Shown here: positions 1-15,368 of the stretch, piece after piece
Numbering within the stretch: the first letter of the stretch is position 1
Layout of the letters: every line of letters begins with the position of its first letter
Source of the DNA: the human T2T-CHM13v2.0 reference genome, Homo sapiens
Length of the DNA: 64,000 bases
Reading direction: 5' to 3' (one strand)
NCBI RefSeq assembly: GCF_009914755.1
Contig: NC_060940.1
Position numbers and translations under genes: made by a program
Notes under the pieces: model-generated
What the model saw: only the letters and a program-made list of their open reading frames with translations
Databases searched by the model: none
What the model was told of the DNA's origin: nothing

Positions 1-29
1 ACATGGTGGATATGTTTGGGGTTTTCCCA

Positions 30-250
30 GGAGGAGGCTCATGAACTGAGCTCTCAAGGCCACAGGGCAAGGTCAGGCGAGAATAGAGCATTCTAGACAG
101 AGGAAATAGCATGTGCAAAGGCCCTGTGGCCAGAGGAGTTTTAGGAACTGCTAAAAGATAGCCAGAGTAGCTGGAGTTCAGGGAGGAGGAGCATTCCAGT
201 GAGGCCAGGCCGTGGTGAGGATGCTGGTCTTTAACCCTAAGCATTGAAGA
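30..250 (-). mobile_element. L2 LINE fragment (old, degenerate)
   Basis: gcattctagacagaggaaatagcatgtgcaaaggccctg matches the typical antisense L2 3' region; a further piece is likely near 490-620. Confidence 0.7.
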
Positions 251-2457
251 CCTCAGTGCCACCATGAGGCAGAAACCTAGCTAGGCACTCATCATTTGGG
301 GTTCTTTTTCCTAACGAGGTCTCCTAAATTGACCTAGGCTCATGTCCCACAAAACATGGATCTGGCCCCTTCCTGGCACATAGAAAGGACTCAATCCACA
401 GTGGCTGACCAGCAAGGTAGAATGGACTCCATTTTACAGATGACAAGACTGAAGCTCAGGGGCCCATGAGAATGGGACTAAGGCTAGGGGAGGGCCCTGA
501 TGGGTTTTCAAGGAGGTGATTGGATTTGCATTTTGTGAAGATTCCTCAGGTTTCTTTGAGGGGCCTCAGTTGGAGCAGGGGACAGAATCACAGGGGTACC
601 AAGACGGGAAACAGTTGTTGACATGGACAAATCTTCCTTCAGGCTTCAGAAGAACCTCCCCACACCCAACATGTGGGTGGACATCCTTCAAGGCTCAGAA
701 CACACATATGCCTGCAGTATCTCTGCATTTGCACAGTTGAGGGTGGGTTCCCCAATATAAGCCTACCAGGTTCTTGACAGAGGGAGGGTAAGTAGACATA
801 TTTCTGTACGTGGGTGCAACGTTACCCTCACCTGCATCCCATATATGTAGGGATCTTCCACTTGCTTTCATATCTGCTGATGGCACAGGGTTGCAGCCCT
901 GATTATGGCTCCCAGAAGCTGAGATTTGTGGTCTAAAACTGAGGGCAGAGGGGAATGAGAGAGTCATACTCCAAGTGAAATTTTCCTTTCTCATTATCTG
1001 TGAGCTGATAAAGACGCCAGCATGTCAAGTTCATTTGATGGACAAATTCAGACCATCATTTCATGGGGGGAGGCAGTCCAGTACCAGGACCATATTGGGG
1101 TCATGTTTATGGGGCCAGGTTCCATCACTGAGTGGAAAGCTCACAAAAGCAGTTGATGCCTGAGGGCTTCTTTGCACATCTCCAAGTTCAAGGTTCTGTC
1201 ATCCTTGTTTAACTCCCCAAATCAAGGTAGATGGGGTTTTTTTTTTTCTTCCCCAGCCAGCATCCGAAGACTGGATTCTATGGATGAGCATAGAAGTCCC
1301 TCTTTCTTCTCTGACTCCTTCATCTCCCATTTTCCTCCTGTAGAATTTCCTTGGACTTTTTTTTTTTTTTATCCTGATGCTGCCTTTCAGGGTCCCAGCT
1401 CTTTGACCTAGGTCAGTTCCCTCCACTTCTCTCAATGGGGCTGTGGAGGGAGTGTCAAATTCTGTAGGAACACTGAGAAAGAAGCCCAGCCTTTTTCTCG
1501 CTAAGAATGGCCACCTTTTTATAGGAATGATGCCCACCTGGTCTCAATTCTGTCTTAGACTCCCTCTAGGTTGGGAGGTGCGGATCAGGTGGTTGGGGGA
1601 TCCTGTCCTGTCACGTACAGCCTGAGCCTGACATTTTTTTTCCCTCTACAACTGAGACTGCAGACATTTTTAAACTAGAAGAAAACAAATTTGCACATGG
1701 ACTAAACAGAAACTTCATTTCCCCCTAGGTCTCTCCTGGGGACTACGCAGGAGGGCTCTGGGCCAGTGGGGAGAATCTTCAATGCAACTTTCATCTCTGG
1801 TTATCCTCCCTGAGTCCATGGGGATTTCATAAACATTATGTTGCTCAATTTCAGTTCACTGGCACAGAGTCGTTCCAATGTGTTCTAATTACTCAGACAT
1901 AAATGATTTCTGGTGCACTTTAAATGACTTCGGATGCACTTTTGTCTATCAGGCTCCTGATTTGTCACTCCCTGGGACTTTGATGTTGTGCTTCATTGAT
2001 TTCTTTTAAGGCTCTTCAGAGGTATATTTATTATAGACGATACATCTCCCTGTTCATTTGCTCCATAATTCTGAAACACTTTCATTTTCCAGTTGTCAAC
2101 ATTCCACCCCTACCCCCTGTACATATCTTGTACTAGCAGGAAGAAGACACATTTATTGAGTGCTTACTGAATGCAAATCTAGATGCGAGATGCTATGGGT
2201 GAGTGAAGGTGCACAAATTAAAAACAAAAACATCCGACATTCATTCCTGGCCAAGATAATATGCTTATCGTTTAGAGAAAAGGACAGTGCACACCCGTTG
2301 ACTTACATGACATGACAGAGGAGGAAGAACACAGGGAGGGTGGGGGTTTGGTCCATGAGCTGTGAGAGGTACTTGGAAGAGAAGAGTGATGAGAGATGGG
2401 TGGGGTCAGAGCTTTGCACCCAGATTTCCATGATGATGGGCAACAGAAAGTGTGTAG

Positions 2458-2763
<306 letters not shown>

Positions 2764-3717
2764 TGAGTTTTTTTGACAAGCTAAGAGGCAAAGCTGCCAC
2801 TTTTTGATGTGTGCTTGATAGACCCTAGAGCTTCGAAGAGTGAGTGGTGTGTACTGCTCAAGTCTACTTGCTCTGAAGACAGCTACGTTTATCTGAACAG
2901 GCACCTTATTAGCCTTTAGCCTCTCCCCATAGACATGAGGACAGGAGGGACATTGGAGTGGTATTTTGACAAGGCAGCTGGCTGCCAATCTGAAGATGTG
3001 GTGGGAGTCCCAGCTCCGTCCCGTTCCCATAGGTCCTTGAACCTCAGTCTTGTCATCTGCAAAATGGAGGCCATCCTATCTTGCTGGTCAGCCACTTTGG
3101 ATCGAGCCGTTTCTATGTGTCAAGAAGGGGGCAGATCCACATTTTGTGGGACCTGAGCCTGGATCAACTTGGGGGACCCCGTTAGGAAAAAGGACCCCAG
3201 ATGATGAGTGCCTATCTGGGTTTCTGCCCCATGATGGGAGCCCACCAGTGTTAGCAATGGGGTCTTCAATGCTTTTTTAAGCTGTGGACTTTTTTTTCTC
3301 CCCAATTATTTGTGGCACCGCTGTTCAGTGCTTAAAACGGGTCACAGTGGAGCTTCTGTTAATGGGAACGCTTCTTTCCCCTCTGAAGTTGGGCTGAGAG
3401 GCGTCTCCAGGAAGCATGGTTTGAACCTGAACCGTCTGTTGTGGTCAAGATCAGATCTGAACCCAGAGCTCTTCTCCACTCCCCTCCCTGCTCCGGGGTC
3501 TCTCTGGGAGCACCTGTAAGCTAAGCCCTGACCTGCAAGGGACAGTGTGGACCTACTTCGCGGGCAGACCGTGGTGACAGTTCTTGCTCCCTCAGGCTGC
3601 TCTGCCGTCCCCTGGGCTGGCTTAACGGTCCATCTGTGAAAGGACCTTCGGCTTCCTGGAACCCCAGCACCACCCTCTGCCTCCCGCGGCTGGAAACCTG
3701 GGAAGGAAGTAAGGCGC

Positions 3718-3736
3718 ACACGCCACCTAGTGGCCG
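3718..3736 (-). promoter_or_regulatory. Candidate CTCF binding motif
   Basis: Minus strand reads CGGCCACTAGGTGGCGTGT, close to the CTCF core consensus, inside a locally CpG-rich patch (about 3540-3830). Confidence 0.65.
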
Positions 3737-3957
3737 CTTCCTGGAGCTGTCACTCCCGACACCGCCCCTGGGAGGGAGCTCATCTCTGGGCCCAGCTTGT
3801 CTGCGGTGCTGGCCAGCGAGGTCCAGGCGCTGCTCCTGAGAGCCTTGGCTCAGAGGAGCATCTGGCTTGTTAGAGCAGGAGGTTCTTGTGTCACAGTGCC
3901 CTTGATTTTCCCACTGAACTGCTGCCACCGTGAATACGAGCTCTTGGAGATGCCGCT

Positions 3958-4345
3958 GTCTGCCCTCTTCCCTTTCCTCTCCCTCCTCCTCCTCCTCTTC
4001 CCTCTCCCTTCTCCCTCTCCCTCCTCCTCCTCCTCTTCCCTCTCTCTTCTCTCTCTCCCTCCTCCTCCTCACCCCTCTTCCTCTGCTTCCTCCCCCTCAT
4101 CCTCCCCTTTATCTTCGCCCCCTGATTGCTATTGTCCTCCCCACCTCTTTCTGTCCCTCTCCTCCTCCTGTCCCTTCTCCCTCTCCTGTCCCCCCTTCTC
4201 CCCTATTTTCCTCCTCTTTCTCCTTCTCCTCTCTTCCCCCTCCTCCATCCTCTTCTTTCTCTTTCTTCTCCTCCTTTGCTCCTCATCCTCCCTTCCCCAC
4301 CCCTCCCCTTCCTCCTTTCTCCCCTGCCTCTTTTTCCACCCCCTC
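3958..4345. repeat. CT-rich low-complexity polypyrimidine tract
   Basis: About 390 bp of almost only C/T built from (CCT)n and (CT)n units. Confidence 0.95.
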
Positions 4346-5424
4346 ACTTTGGCTCAGCCAGCTTTCTTTTAATTAAATAGATACTTATTGGCAGTACCCT
4401 TATTTGTTCCAAGTGAAACTGGCCGGAGGGCAGTTCCTGAGTTAGAGACTAGATCATGAGTCCCAGCTGCGGTTGCTGAGGGGTTGAAATTTCCCTCAGA
4501 TCTAGCCATCCATTCCCTCCCTCACTCCCTCCTTCCCTCCCTCCGTCCGTCCCTCCCTCCCTCATTCATTCATGAATGCACGCACAGATTTAACAAATGC
4601 ATTTTGAGGCTCTGTGCCAACATCCCCTCACTTCCGACTTTGACCCCAGAATCTTTAGCACATGGCATTCCTCTAACTTCCCTACCTGGAAAGCTCCCAT
4701 TCACTTTCAAGACTCAGGTTCAATGCTGCCCTTCGGACTAGCCTGTGAGCACTTATTCCTGCTACCCATGGTCCTGAGGTCTTCACGAGTTTTCTGGCTC
4801 AGTCTTCTCTGGTTCCCATCCTGGGTGCTCAGCAGTCAAAGCCAGCCTTGCACTGAGTCAAAAACCCCAGAAGCTGTTTCTGTCTGCCTGGGACTCTGTG
4901 TTCTCCAATCGTCAGGCTTGTTCCCCTCCTTTAAGGGTGTCCTGTACACAGTAGCGTCCATTGAAGTCCAGAAATGCTAGCACAGCATTGTGGAAAAAGA
5001 CAGGTGCATATGTCTTCTGCATTCTTTGGGTTTTGCCAATCTTACTGTAATCAAGCTGTCTTTATTCTCAGGTATTCAGTGAAAATGAGTTGTTTCTGAG
5101 GACTATACCCTGGAAAGCTAGTGTTTTTTCTGTCTTGTCTTTATTTCTGTCTCTCCATATTCCTAAGCTAATGCTGTGAACGGGAAAAACAAGGTTTGCT
5201 CTTTGATTTGTTGCAGAGCCCAGGTCAGGTAGCCATTTATATTTAATAGAAGAATAGATGATGAGAGTGTCTCTCCTTCCCCTAGGCAGCATTTCCGAAG
5301 CTTATCTGTGACATTATGAAAGGTAACACTCTTACCTGGTATCTACTAGGAGGGTATTGTTCAAGCCATCAGTCTTTTGTTCAAGCTCTGGCATGCAGAA
5401 GGTACCCAGGAAATGGTTGGCAAT

Positions 5425-6063
<639 letters not shown>

Positions 6064-8097
6064 TGGCTGTAGATTTTTGTACGTAAGTTATACCTCAAAA
6101 AAACTGTTTTAAAAGAAAGAAATGCCCATGAACACCATCCATCCCTTTGAAATTCTCATTTTGGGTCAGGTTGAAGCCAGCTCAGGAAGGTAAATCAGGT
6201 TAGTTTCTGTTGGAGAGTTTGCTTTTACTTAAAAGCGTTAAAAGGCAACCTTCAATGTGGATTTTGCTGTGTCTGGATACCAGTGGGTGTCAGATCCAGA
6301 ACCCAGCTTCCTGTTGCTGCTGGGCAGGATCATGGGATCTGGAGAGCTCCAGGTAGGGCAGATGACTTTGGGTAGCTGATGGGTGCCGGCTCCTCCCAGC
6401 CGGCATCCTTTGCTCCGGTGGTTCCAGGGAGGCCAGGCTATTTAGGAGGAATGTGGCTGTTGCCCCTGGACAGGACAAAATGTCTAGTCTATTCACAGTC
6501 ACCGTAGTTTGTGCCTGATTTGCAGTGCTGGAGGAACCACATGGGAAAATTGTCCATTTTACAAGACGTGCAAAGGGGTTACCTGTGAGGCCTCAGCTCT
6601 AAGGCTATGTTCGTTCTTAAAAAACAGTGTTGGCCCCACTCTCTTCCCACTAAGGAGTGTGTAGGATGCTGACAGACAGGCCTCCCGGGCTCCAGCCACC
6701 TTGGCTGCAAACATCATTATGGAACTCTGACCCTGGAACGGAGGGCCTGAGTTCCTTGGCAGATAGTGCCCAGGGACGGGCATGTTCAACATGAGATTAA
6801 CAGGCTCTGCAGGGAGGCCCAGAGACCTGGGGCTGGGACTAGATTGCTTTGCAAGGTAAGCTCTTGATTTTATGACCTCATCTCTCGCCCCAACCCCGAG
6901 ACTTCACTCACAATCCAGGTTGTTAACAGGGAGCGATCTTATCCTGTTAGCCTTTCACTCGAGAGAAATTGGATTGAAAATCTCGCCAGACTGCCTCCGG
7001 ACAGAGCTTTTCCATCAGCTGTGAGTGACCCTTGGGCAGGGAGAGTTGCTTTCCTTTACACACCATTAGCAGGTGGCAAAGAGGGGGGCCTGCATCTCTG
7101 CCCAGCTGTTGCCAGAAACTCTTGGAGAGGAGGCTCCACTGGGAGCTTGCTGCCTGACCCATGGTGAGACCTGAGTAAGCTGCTTCCCTTCTCTGTACTT
7201 GGGCTCACCTCTCTCTTCCATGTCCTTTCACTGATTTTCCGTGAAGGCAGTCAGACCTGGGCAGGTCCCCTGGGGACATGGGGGCTCACTTCCTTCTCCT
7301 GGTGGCCTAAGACTTTAAAGAAGAATATGCTGACTTTCTACAGCCATTATTTTTTACTGTGCTCTTTCTGTTTTATTAAATCTCTGTGCAGATAGTAAAT
7401 TCCTAGGATGCATTAAAAAAAAAAAAAAGAAAGAAAGAAAAGTCTCATGAAACTCCAAGACCTGAACTCATGACACCTTCTGGGTTGGCGCCTACTGTTT
7501 CATTGGCCTCGCTTACTTTCCTAGTTCAGCAGAAAGTGAACATTACAGTCAGGTGGCAATGTTTCTGAGTAGGCTGCTGGAACCCGAGGACCTTTGCGTA
7601 CATTTTTGCGCCATGCTCACATTATCCCAGGATCATCAGTCCTGGCATTAGCCCCGTTTTGTGGAGGGGAAAGCTGAGCTTAGGGATCCACCCAACACAT
7701 GCCATCTGAATTGAGATCTCACTCTCTTCCCCACATTGCCGCATCTCTACACATGGTGTGGAGAGACATCACATTGTTGCCTCTATACAGCATAGCAAGA
7801 TCTGAGGTTGGCTGAGTACTTTCTGTTCTCAGTGCTGCGTTGGTTGGCTGGGGCTGCCATCACAGATCACCCAGACTGATCGCTTCAACCGGAGAAATGC
7901 ATTTTCTCATAGTTCTGGAGGCCAGAAACCTGAGGTCAGTGTGTCAGCGGGGTTGGTTTCTTCTGAGACCTGTCTCCTTGGCTTGCAGATGGTCATCTTC
8001 TTGCTGTGTCTTCTTACGGCTTTCTATTTGTGTCAGTATCCTCACCTCTTCCCATAAGAACAACAGTCTTGTTGGATTAGGGCCACCCTAATCTCAT

Positions 8098-8703
<606 letters not shown>

Positions 8704-9761
8704 TTTCCTTTCAGCTGAATTAACCTTTTTAAAGACCTGTCTCCAAATAGGTCTCACAAATATGTCTCACATTCTGAGTTGCTGGGGGTCATGATTTCCA
8801 CAAGTGAATTTTGGATGCACCCAGTGTAGGCCGTCAAAAGTGCTTTGCATGTTATTTAATTTGTGTCGTCTTGACAATGCTCTGTGAAGTAGATACCGCT
8901 GTCAGTCATTGATGATGGTTGACCTATCAACCACGGATGAATTGAGGAAATGGAGGGAGGGAGGGCAGGAGGGTTTACATAGAAGGTGGGATGTAGGCAT
9001 CAGCGGGATTCAGTGCTGACTTCCCCTACGGAAAATACTATAAGTGAAGATTAATTCTTAAACCCCTATCAACTCACTGTGTCATGGAATGATTTAGGAA
9101 GACGAGGATATGGAAAATACAAGGATGGTGAGGATTCTCTCCAGGCAAAAGATGTTGCCCCACCCTTATTAAGAATGGAGTCATTAACTCCAAAAGGGCA
9201 GTGAAACCATCATGTGGGTACTGTATTTGGATTTGGTGCAAATGTGTATCTATCCAGGTACATATTTTTGCACCCAAGCCTTCGTGTTTCAATGCTTAGG
9301 GGTAGTAGTGATGATGTCCATACCAGGAAAACATCTTTCAGTGCTCCAAGCAGCTGCCAAAAGCCACTGGCCCAGCATCTCCTGGGAAGAATGAGGTTCT
9401 TGTAACAACACAGACCTTGGCCACGTGTCAAAAGTAAACATGGCTATGGGGAAATGGAATTATCTGGGTTATCTGAAACTTTGCCAGAAGCATTGTTCTC
9501 TTATTCCTGAAAAATGTGTTCTTCATTAAAACCATACATGAATCACATTTTCCCCAACGTTCTCAGCAACCAATTCCACTTGGCATCGATGATCCACAAT
9601 CTACAGTGTACCTGCTAGGCTCTAGTTATCAAAAACAGTGTTTTGACAGTAATTATGATGCCAAAGCTCCAAGTTTGAGATGTTAGGCTGCTTTGGCTTG
9701 TTATATCTTCTGTTTGTCATGCTTCTCAAAATGGTGGGACATTAATTATGCATAATTAATT

Positions 9762-9890
9762 AGTTATGTTTAGTGTCTGTCTTTTCCACCAGAATGTAGG
9801 TTCCATGGGGTAAGGAGTCTTGTGCACTGCCCTCTACTCAGTACCTGGCGGAGTAAGCCCTTGGTAAATAATTGCTGGATGAATAAACAA
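9762..9890 (+). mobile_element. L2 3' end
   Basis: ccaccagaatgtaggttccatgggg...gtaaataattgctggatgaataaa. Confidence 0.65.
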
Positions 9891-10013
9891 ATCCATTGAA
9901 TTACAGAGTTAGGTCATCGGAGATCTTCGTTCATGCCTGTGGAATTTTTAGAAGTTGACTCTTGTCCTTTTCTCTAGTGGTACTTTTTAAAAAATCCATT
10001 TATTTGCTTAGAC

Positions 10014-10568
10014 CAAGGGTTGGCAAACTTCAGCCCATAGGCCAAATCCGGCCCGATGCCTGTGGGTTTTAAATAAAGTTTTATTGGAACACAGCCACAC
10101 CTGTTCATTTATGTATTGTGGCTTTCCTGCTACAATATCAGAGCTGAATAGTTGCAAGGGAGACTGTGTGGCCCTCAAAGCCAAGAATGTTTACTGTTGG
10201 CCCTCCATATCTGGGGGTTTTGCATCTGTGGATTCAACCAACCTCGATTCAAAAATATCCTTACGTGTACGATGGCTGCGTCTGAACCCAACATGTGCAG
10301 ACTTTGTTTTCTTATTGTTTCCTAAACAACACAGTATAACAACTCTTTACATGGCACTTACGTTGTATTGGCTATTACAGGTAATCTATAGACAGTTTGA
10401 AGTATATGGGAGGATGTCTGTAGGTTATATGCAAATACTATGCCGCTTTGTATGAGACTTGAACATTCATGGGTTTTGGTATACGGGGGAGTCTTGGAAC
10501 CAACCCCTCATGAACACCAAGGGATGACTGTGCTGTCTGGCCATTTCAGAGAAACTGGCCAATCCCTG
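10014..10568. mobile_element. MER58A-type hAT fossil interrupted by MER2
   Basis: Ends caagggttggcaaact and gccaatccctg; 8-bp TSD gcttagac (10006) / gcttagtc (10569). Confidence 0.85.
10194..10530. mobile_element. MER2 (Tc1/mariner-Tigger derivative)
   Basis: gttggccctccatatc...ggattcaaccaacc...gagtcttggaaccaacccc...gggatgactg; flanked by TA and TG (decayed TA). Confidence 0.88.
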
Positions 10569-10713
10569 GCTTAGTCTAAAGAAAGCCACCAGTGAAGTGA
10601 GCAGTCTCATGGGGGCATTATGGTGTTGGCCTGAGAAGAGAAGGGGTGTGGTACATCTTATGGGGTGACTGTTTTCCGTTTCCCAGTGGACAGGACTCTA
10701 GTGGATTTCTTAG

Positions 10714-10795
10714 GGCAGGGGTCCTCAAACTGAAGGGTGTGTAAGAATCACCTAGGCAGTTCCTCAAAATGCATTTTCCTGGGCCCTTCCACAGT
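10714..10795. mobile_element. MER5-family fragment
   Basis: caggggtcctcaaact...agaatcacctagg...aaaatgcattttcctgggcc. Confidence 0.6.
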
Positions 10796-11257
10796 CAGTG
10801 ATGTACTGCACTGAACAAAACAAAACAGAGAAAGTCTCTACTCTCAGCGAGTTTCTGTTCTAGTGGGAGAACACTCATAATCACCAAACAAACATGCATG
10901 GCCATGCTAAGTGCTGGACAGGCCCATGAAGACTTTTCTGCATCTTTACCTACACCCTACATGGTACAGGTGCAGGTGGCCGGAGGACCACATGGTCCCA
11001 ACTGCTTTCTTAAAGCCTCTGATAAATTCTCACCGGTGCCTTCTTTTGTTCCCGCTACACTGGTTACCCCTTCCCCCAGCTGCTTGTAATGTCTCTCTCT
11101 CTTCTCCCTACCTCCTTCCCTTTTTCTCTCTCATTTGTTTTCTTTGTCCTTCCCTCCCTGTGTCTCTCCTGCTCTTTTTCTCCCCCATCTCTCCCTCTCA
11201 ATCTGGTTGAGAGTTGAAGTCCTCAGATGGCAAGAATCCTTCACTGTTTATAAAGGC

Positions 11258-11415
11258 TTTTGGAAAAACGGCTCTATTGAGATATCATTCATATACAGTA
11301 CAATTCACCCATTTAGAGCATACGATTCAGTGGTTTTTTATTATTCACAGAGTTGTGCCAACATCAGCACAATCAACTTTAGAACATTTCCATCATCCCC
11401 CAAAGAAATCCCATA
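11258..11415 (-). mobile_element. L1MB-type 3' fragment
   Basis: tattgagatatcattcatatacagtacaattcacccatt...agaacatttccatcatcccc. Confidence 0.8.
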
Positions 11416-11613
11416 CCAAGGCTTTTGCAGACTATTTGATTTGATCCTTACAGAACTGAGAAGAGCAGGGCAGATGGTGTCCACCCCATTTTACAGAAGA
11501 GCAAATAAGGGATTAAAGAGTTTGGGGATTTGGAAAAGCAAAGGAGAACATTTTAGGTCACTTTTAATACTCGAAGGTTTCAAAGAGTCCCTAAAAATAA
11601 GGCCTTTTAGTGA

Positions 11614-11924
<311 letters not shown>

Positions 11925-12784
11925 ACCCAGAGACTTTTAAAGCTCGTACCCAGGTGGGGAAAAGCTCCTGAGAACCCCCTGAGTTCCTGGGATTTCTAAA
12001 GCACAGGTTCATGTTCCTCATCCCCCACCTGGGAGGCACAAGGACAGTGTCTGTGATTGTGTCTGGCTAATGGATTCCGACTGCCAGCCACTAGCTGAAG
12101 GGCGCTCTCAGCTACTGCAATGCATATGCATCAGGCTAGCTGGCTTGGACACAGCCACCAATGCGGGGTGACAGGTCTTTGAGCTTGCCTCAGGGACCCT
12201 TCAGGAAGCTCATATGCTGAGTGCCAGGTGGCATCACAGAGCTCTTATGGCAGGATGGGGGGACAGAGAAAGCTGCTTGCTGAATGGCTCTGGGAGATGA
12301 GAGGGGCTGTTTGACCACTTGGAAACTGCCCAATAGGTTTATCTGGTGCCAAACAGCAAAATGCACGGTCTGTAGGGACCCCACCCGGATTTGGGGCCGT
12401 GTGATTGAGGGTGACTCTCGGGCCAGAGAGCCTGGCACGAGAGATACCAGCAGTCACCCTCCATAGGCGGTTCTGGATTCTATTTAAAATGGGATTCAGG
12501 GACATTGCACAGAATGCAATGAAATGGACCCAGCGTTACCATTTTGCATGTGAGCCATCTTTCTCTTTCTTACCAAAGTGCACTTAGTATTGTCATTGGC
12601 TAGGCTTTACTGGAAGATGAGCCCCCCAGAACAGGGCAGGATATTTTTTTTTCTGTATCCCTAGGATCTGTAGCAGGACCTGGGCGTGGTAGGGGCGTAG
12701 GAAGCATTTGTTGAATGAATGATGCAATGGAGTCTCTGAGGGTGGTCCCCAGCTGTCAGGGGCTGCTCCACTCTGATGCTCACT

Positions 12785-12905
12785 GCAGTTCTCAGATGAA
12801 GAGACTGGGGCACAGAGAGGTCAAGAACGTGGCCATGGGTCACACAGCTCCTCAGGAGTCTGGTCGGGATTTGAACTCACTGGTGTGCCTGACCGCTGCA
12901 CCGTT
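12785..12905 (-). mobile_element. MIR fragment (an L2 3' end lies just before it, about 12660-12722)
   Basis: cagatgaagagactggggcacagagagg...gggatttgaactc. Confidence 0.75.
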
Positions 12906-12957
12906 CTTCATAACCAGTCAAGTTTTGCGGAGGAGTTTGGATTTACTCTTTTAATAT

Positions 12958-13615
<658 letters not shown>

Positions 13616-13661
13616 TCTTTAATATTTTGTGTCCTCCAACTTATCCTCTGGAGGAAGGATG

Positions 13662-13984
13662 GCTCAGAGTTCTGGAGGCAAGCAGTCAGAGATCAAGGTG
13701 TTGGCAGGGTTGGTTTCTTCTGCAGCCTCCCTCCTTGGCTTGTGGATGACCGTCTTCTCCCTGTGTCTTCATGTAGGCTTTCTGTGTCTGTGTGTGTCTG
13801 TATTTTAATCTTCTCATCTTAGGAGGACACCAGTCAGGTTGGACTGGGACTCACTCTAATAACCTCACTGTCACTTAATTACCTGTCTTTCAAGACCCTG
13901 TCCTTGATAGCAGTCACATTCTGAGCTCCTGGCGGTTAGGACTTTAACATATGAATTCTGGCGGAACACAGTTCAGCCCGTAGT
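13662..13984 (-). mobile_element. MLT1A-type MaLR solo LTR
   Basis: agttctggaggc...gatcaaggtgttggcagggttggtttcttctg...cagtcacattctgag...aacatatgaattctgg...cacagttcagccc. Confidence 0.82.
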
Positions 13985-14853
13985 GGACCCTAACCAAAAA
14001 GATCCTGGAATACCCCTGTTCCTTCCTCTCCAAAATCCTTTGTTTTCAGCCTCTTCTCCCGCCATGGGAATAAGGTGTCAAATGTTGACACGAGCTCCGA
14101 TATTCATCAGTTCTAGACAACTGGTTATACTCCCGTGCTTTGGGAGGAATGAGTTTCCTTACTTTCTGGTGATAGATCTTGTGACTGGGACTGAAGGTTC
14201 AACCAGGGTTTTAAAAAAAAAAGCTCAACTCTCTTGCTTTCCTTGGTGCCCTTCTGAGCACATTTGAGCAATCGTTTTATCCAAATCATTTTTTTTTCTA
14301 TAAGAAAGAATTTTGCTTAATTGGGTCTCATTTCTGTTCTCCCCTTAACAACTGAACATCTACATTTCTGTTGGGATTGAAAGCCCCAGTCAGTTCAGAT
14401 AAATCAGCTTCCTTTTAAATTATGATCTTGGAGGAAATAATGATCTAACTCACTTTTTGTTAATTACTTTTATGTGAATTAGACATCCCGGCTTTGCAGT
14501 TGCTGCTTTCCTCAGAAGTATTTAAGCCCTCAAATCTATTTAAACTTTTTCTTTTTACTTAAATTAAGATGCTGAAAAAATCCACCATTAGAAATTATTT
14601 GGGTAAGTTCAGCTTCATGGCTCTGTAATTTTAAATAATTTGAGCTGAAAATGATTCTATCATATCCCATGTAGTGGCACCAAATTACCATCTTCTCTTC
14701 AAGATTTTCTCATGTTATTGGTGTGTCAGACTTAGTAAATAAATAAATAGAACAAAAGGTAATGAATGAAACAGTCTGGTAGAATTGTAAAACAGAAACC
14801 AAATTGTGTATCCCACATTCAGCAATTTTGCCTTTTAACCATAGTGATCTTGG

Positions 14854-14872
14854 GGTGTGTGTGTGTGTGTGT
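14854..14872. repeat. (GT)n microsatellite
   Basis: About 9 GT units. Confidence 0.9.
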
Positions 14873-15081
14873 CCCAAAGGGGGAAAATAATCATTTGTAA
14901 AGGATAGAAAATGCTATTGCTTTGAGTACAAAGCAATAGATTACAAAATGAATAATTTAGGGTTTTTATATTAAAAAATCTCAAACCTTCAGTAGAGAAG
15001 CGACAACTTTATAATAAATAAGCAACAACCTTATAAATAACAACAAACTAAGAAGGGGATTGATACCCCAAAGTAGAAGTA

Positions 15082-15368
15082 CAGTTGCCCCTCTGTATCC
15101 ACAGATTCAACCAACTGAAGGTTGAAAAATAAAAGAAACAGTAAAAATAATACAAATAAAAAATACAGTATAACAACTATTTACATAGCATTTACATTGT
15201 ATTGAATATTATAAGTAATCAAAGATGATTTAAACTATACAGGAGGCTAAGCATAGGTTCTATGCAAATACTGCACCATTTCATATAAGGGGGTTGAGCA
15301 TTCATGGATTTTAGTATCCACAAGGGGGGTCCTGGAACAAATCCCTCATGGATATGGAGAAATGATTG
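15082..15368. mobile_element. MER2B-type Tigger derivative
   Basis: ta|cagttgcccctctgtatcc...tacagtataacaactatttacatagcatttacattgtatt...ggtcctggaacaaatccc...gattg. Confidence 0.82.

Noticed and set aside
3521-4380. Ser/Pro/Leu-rich and Arg/Glu-rich ORFs
   Set aside because: Translations of the CT-rich low-complexity tract.
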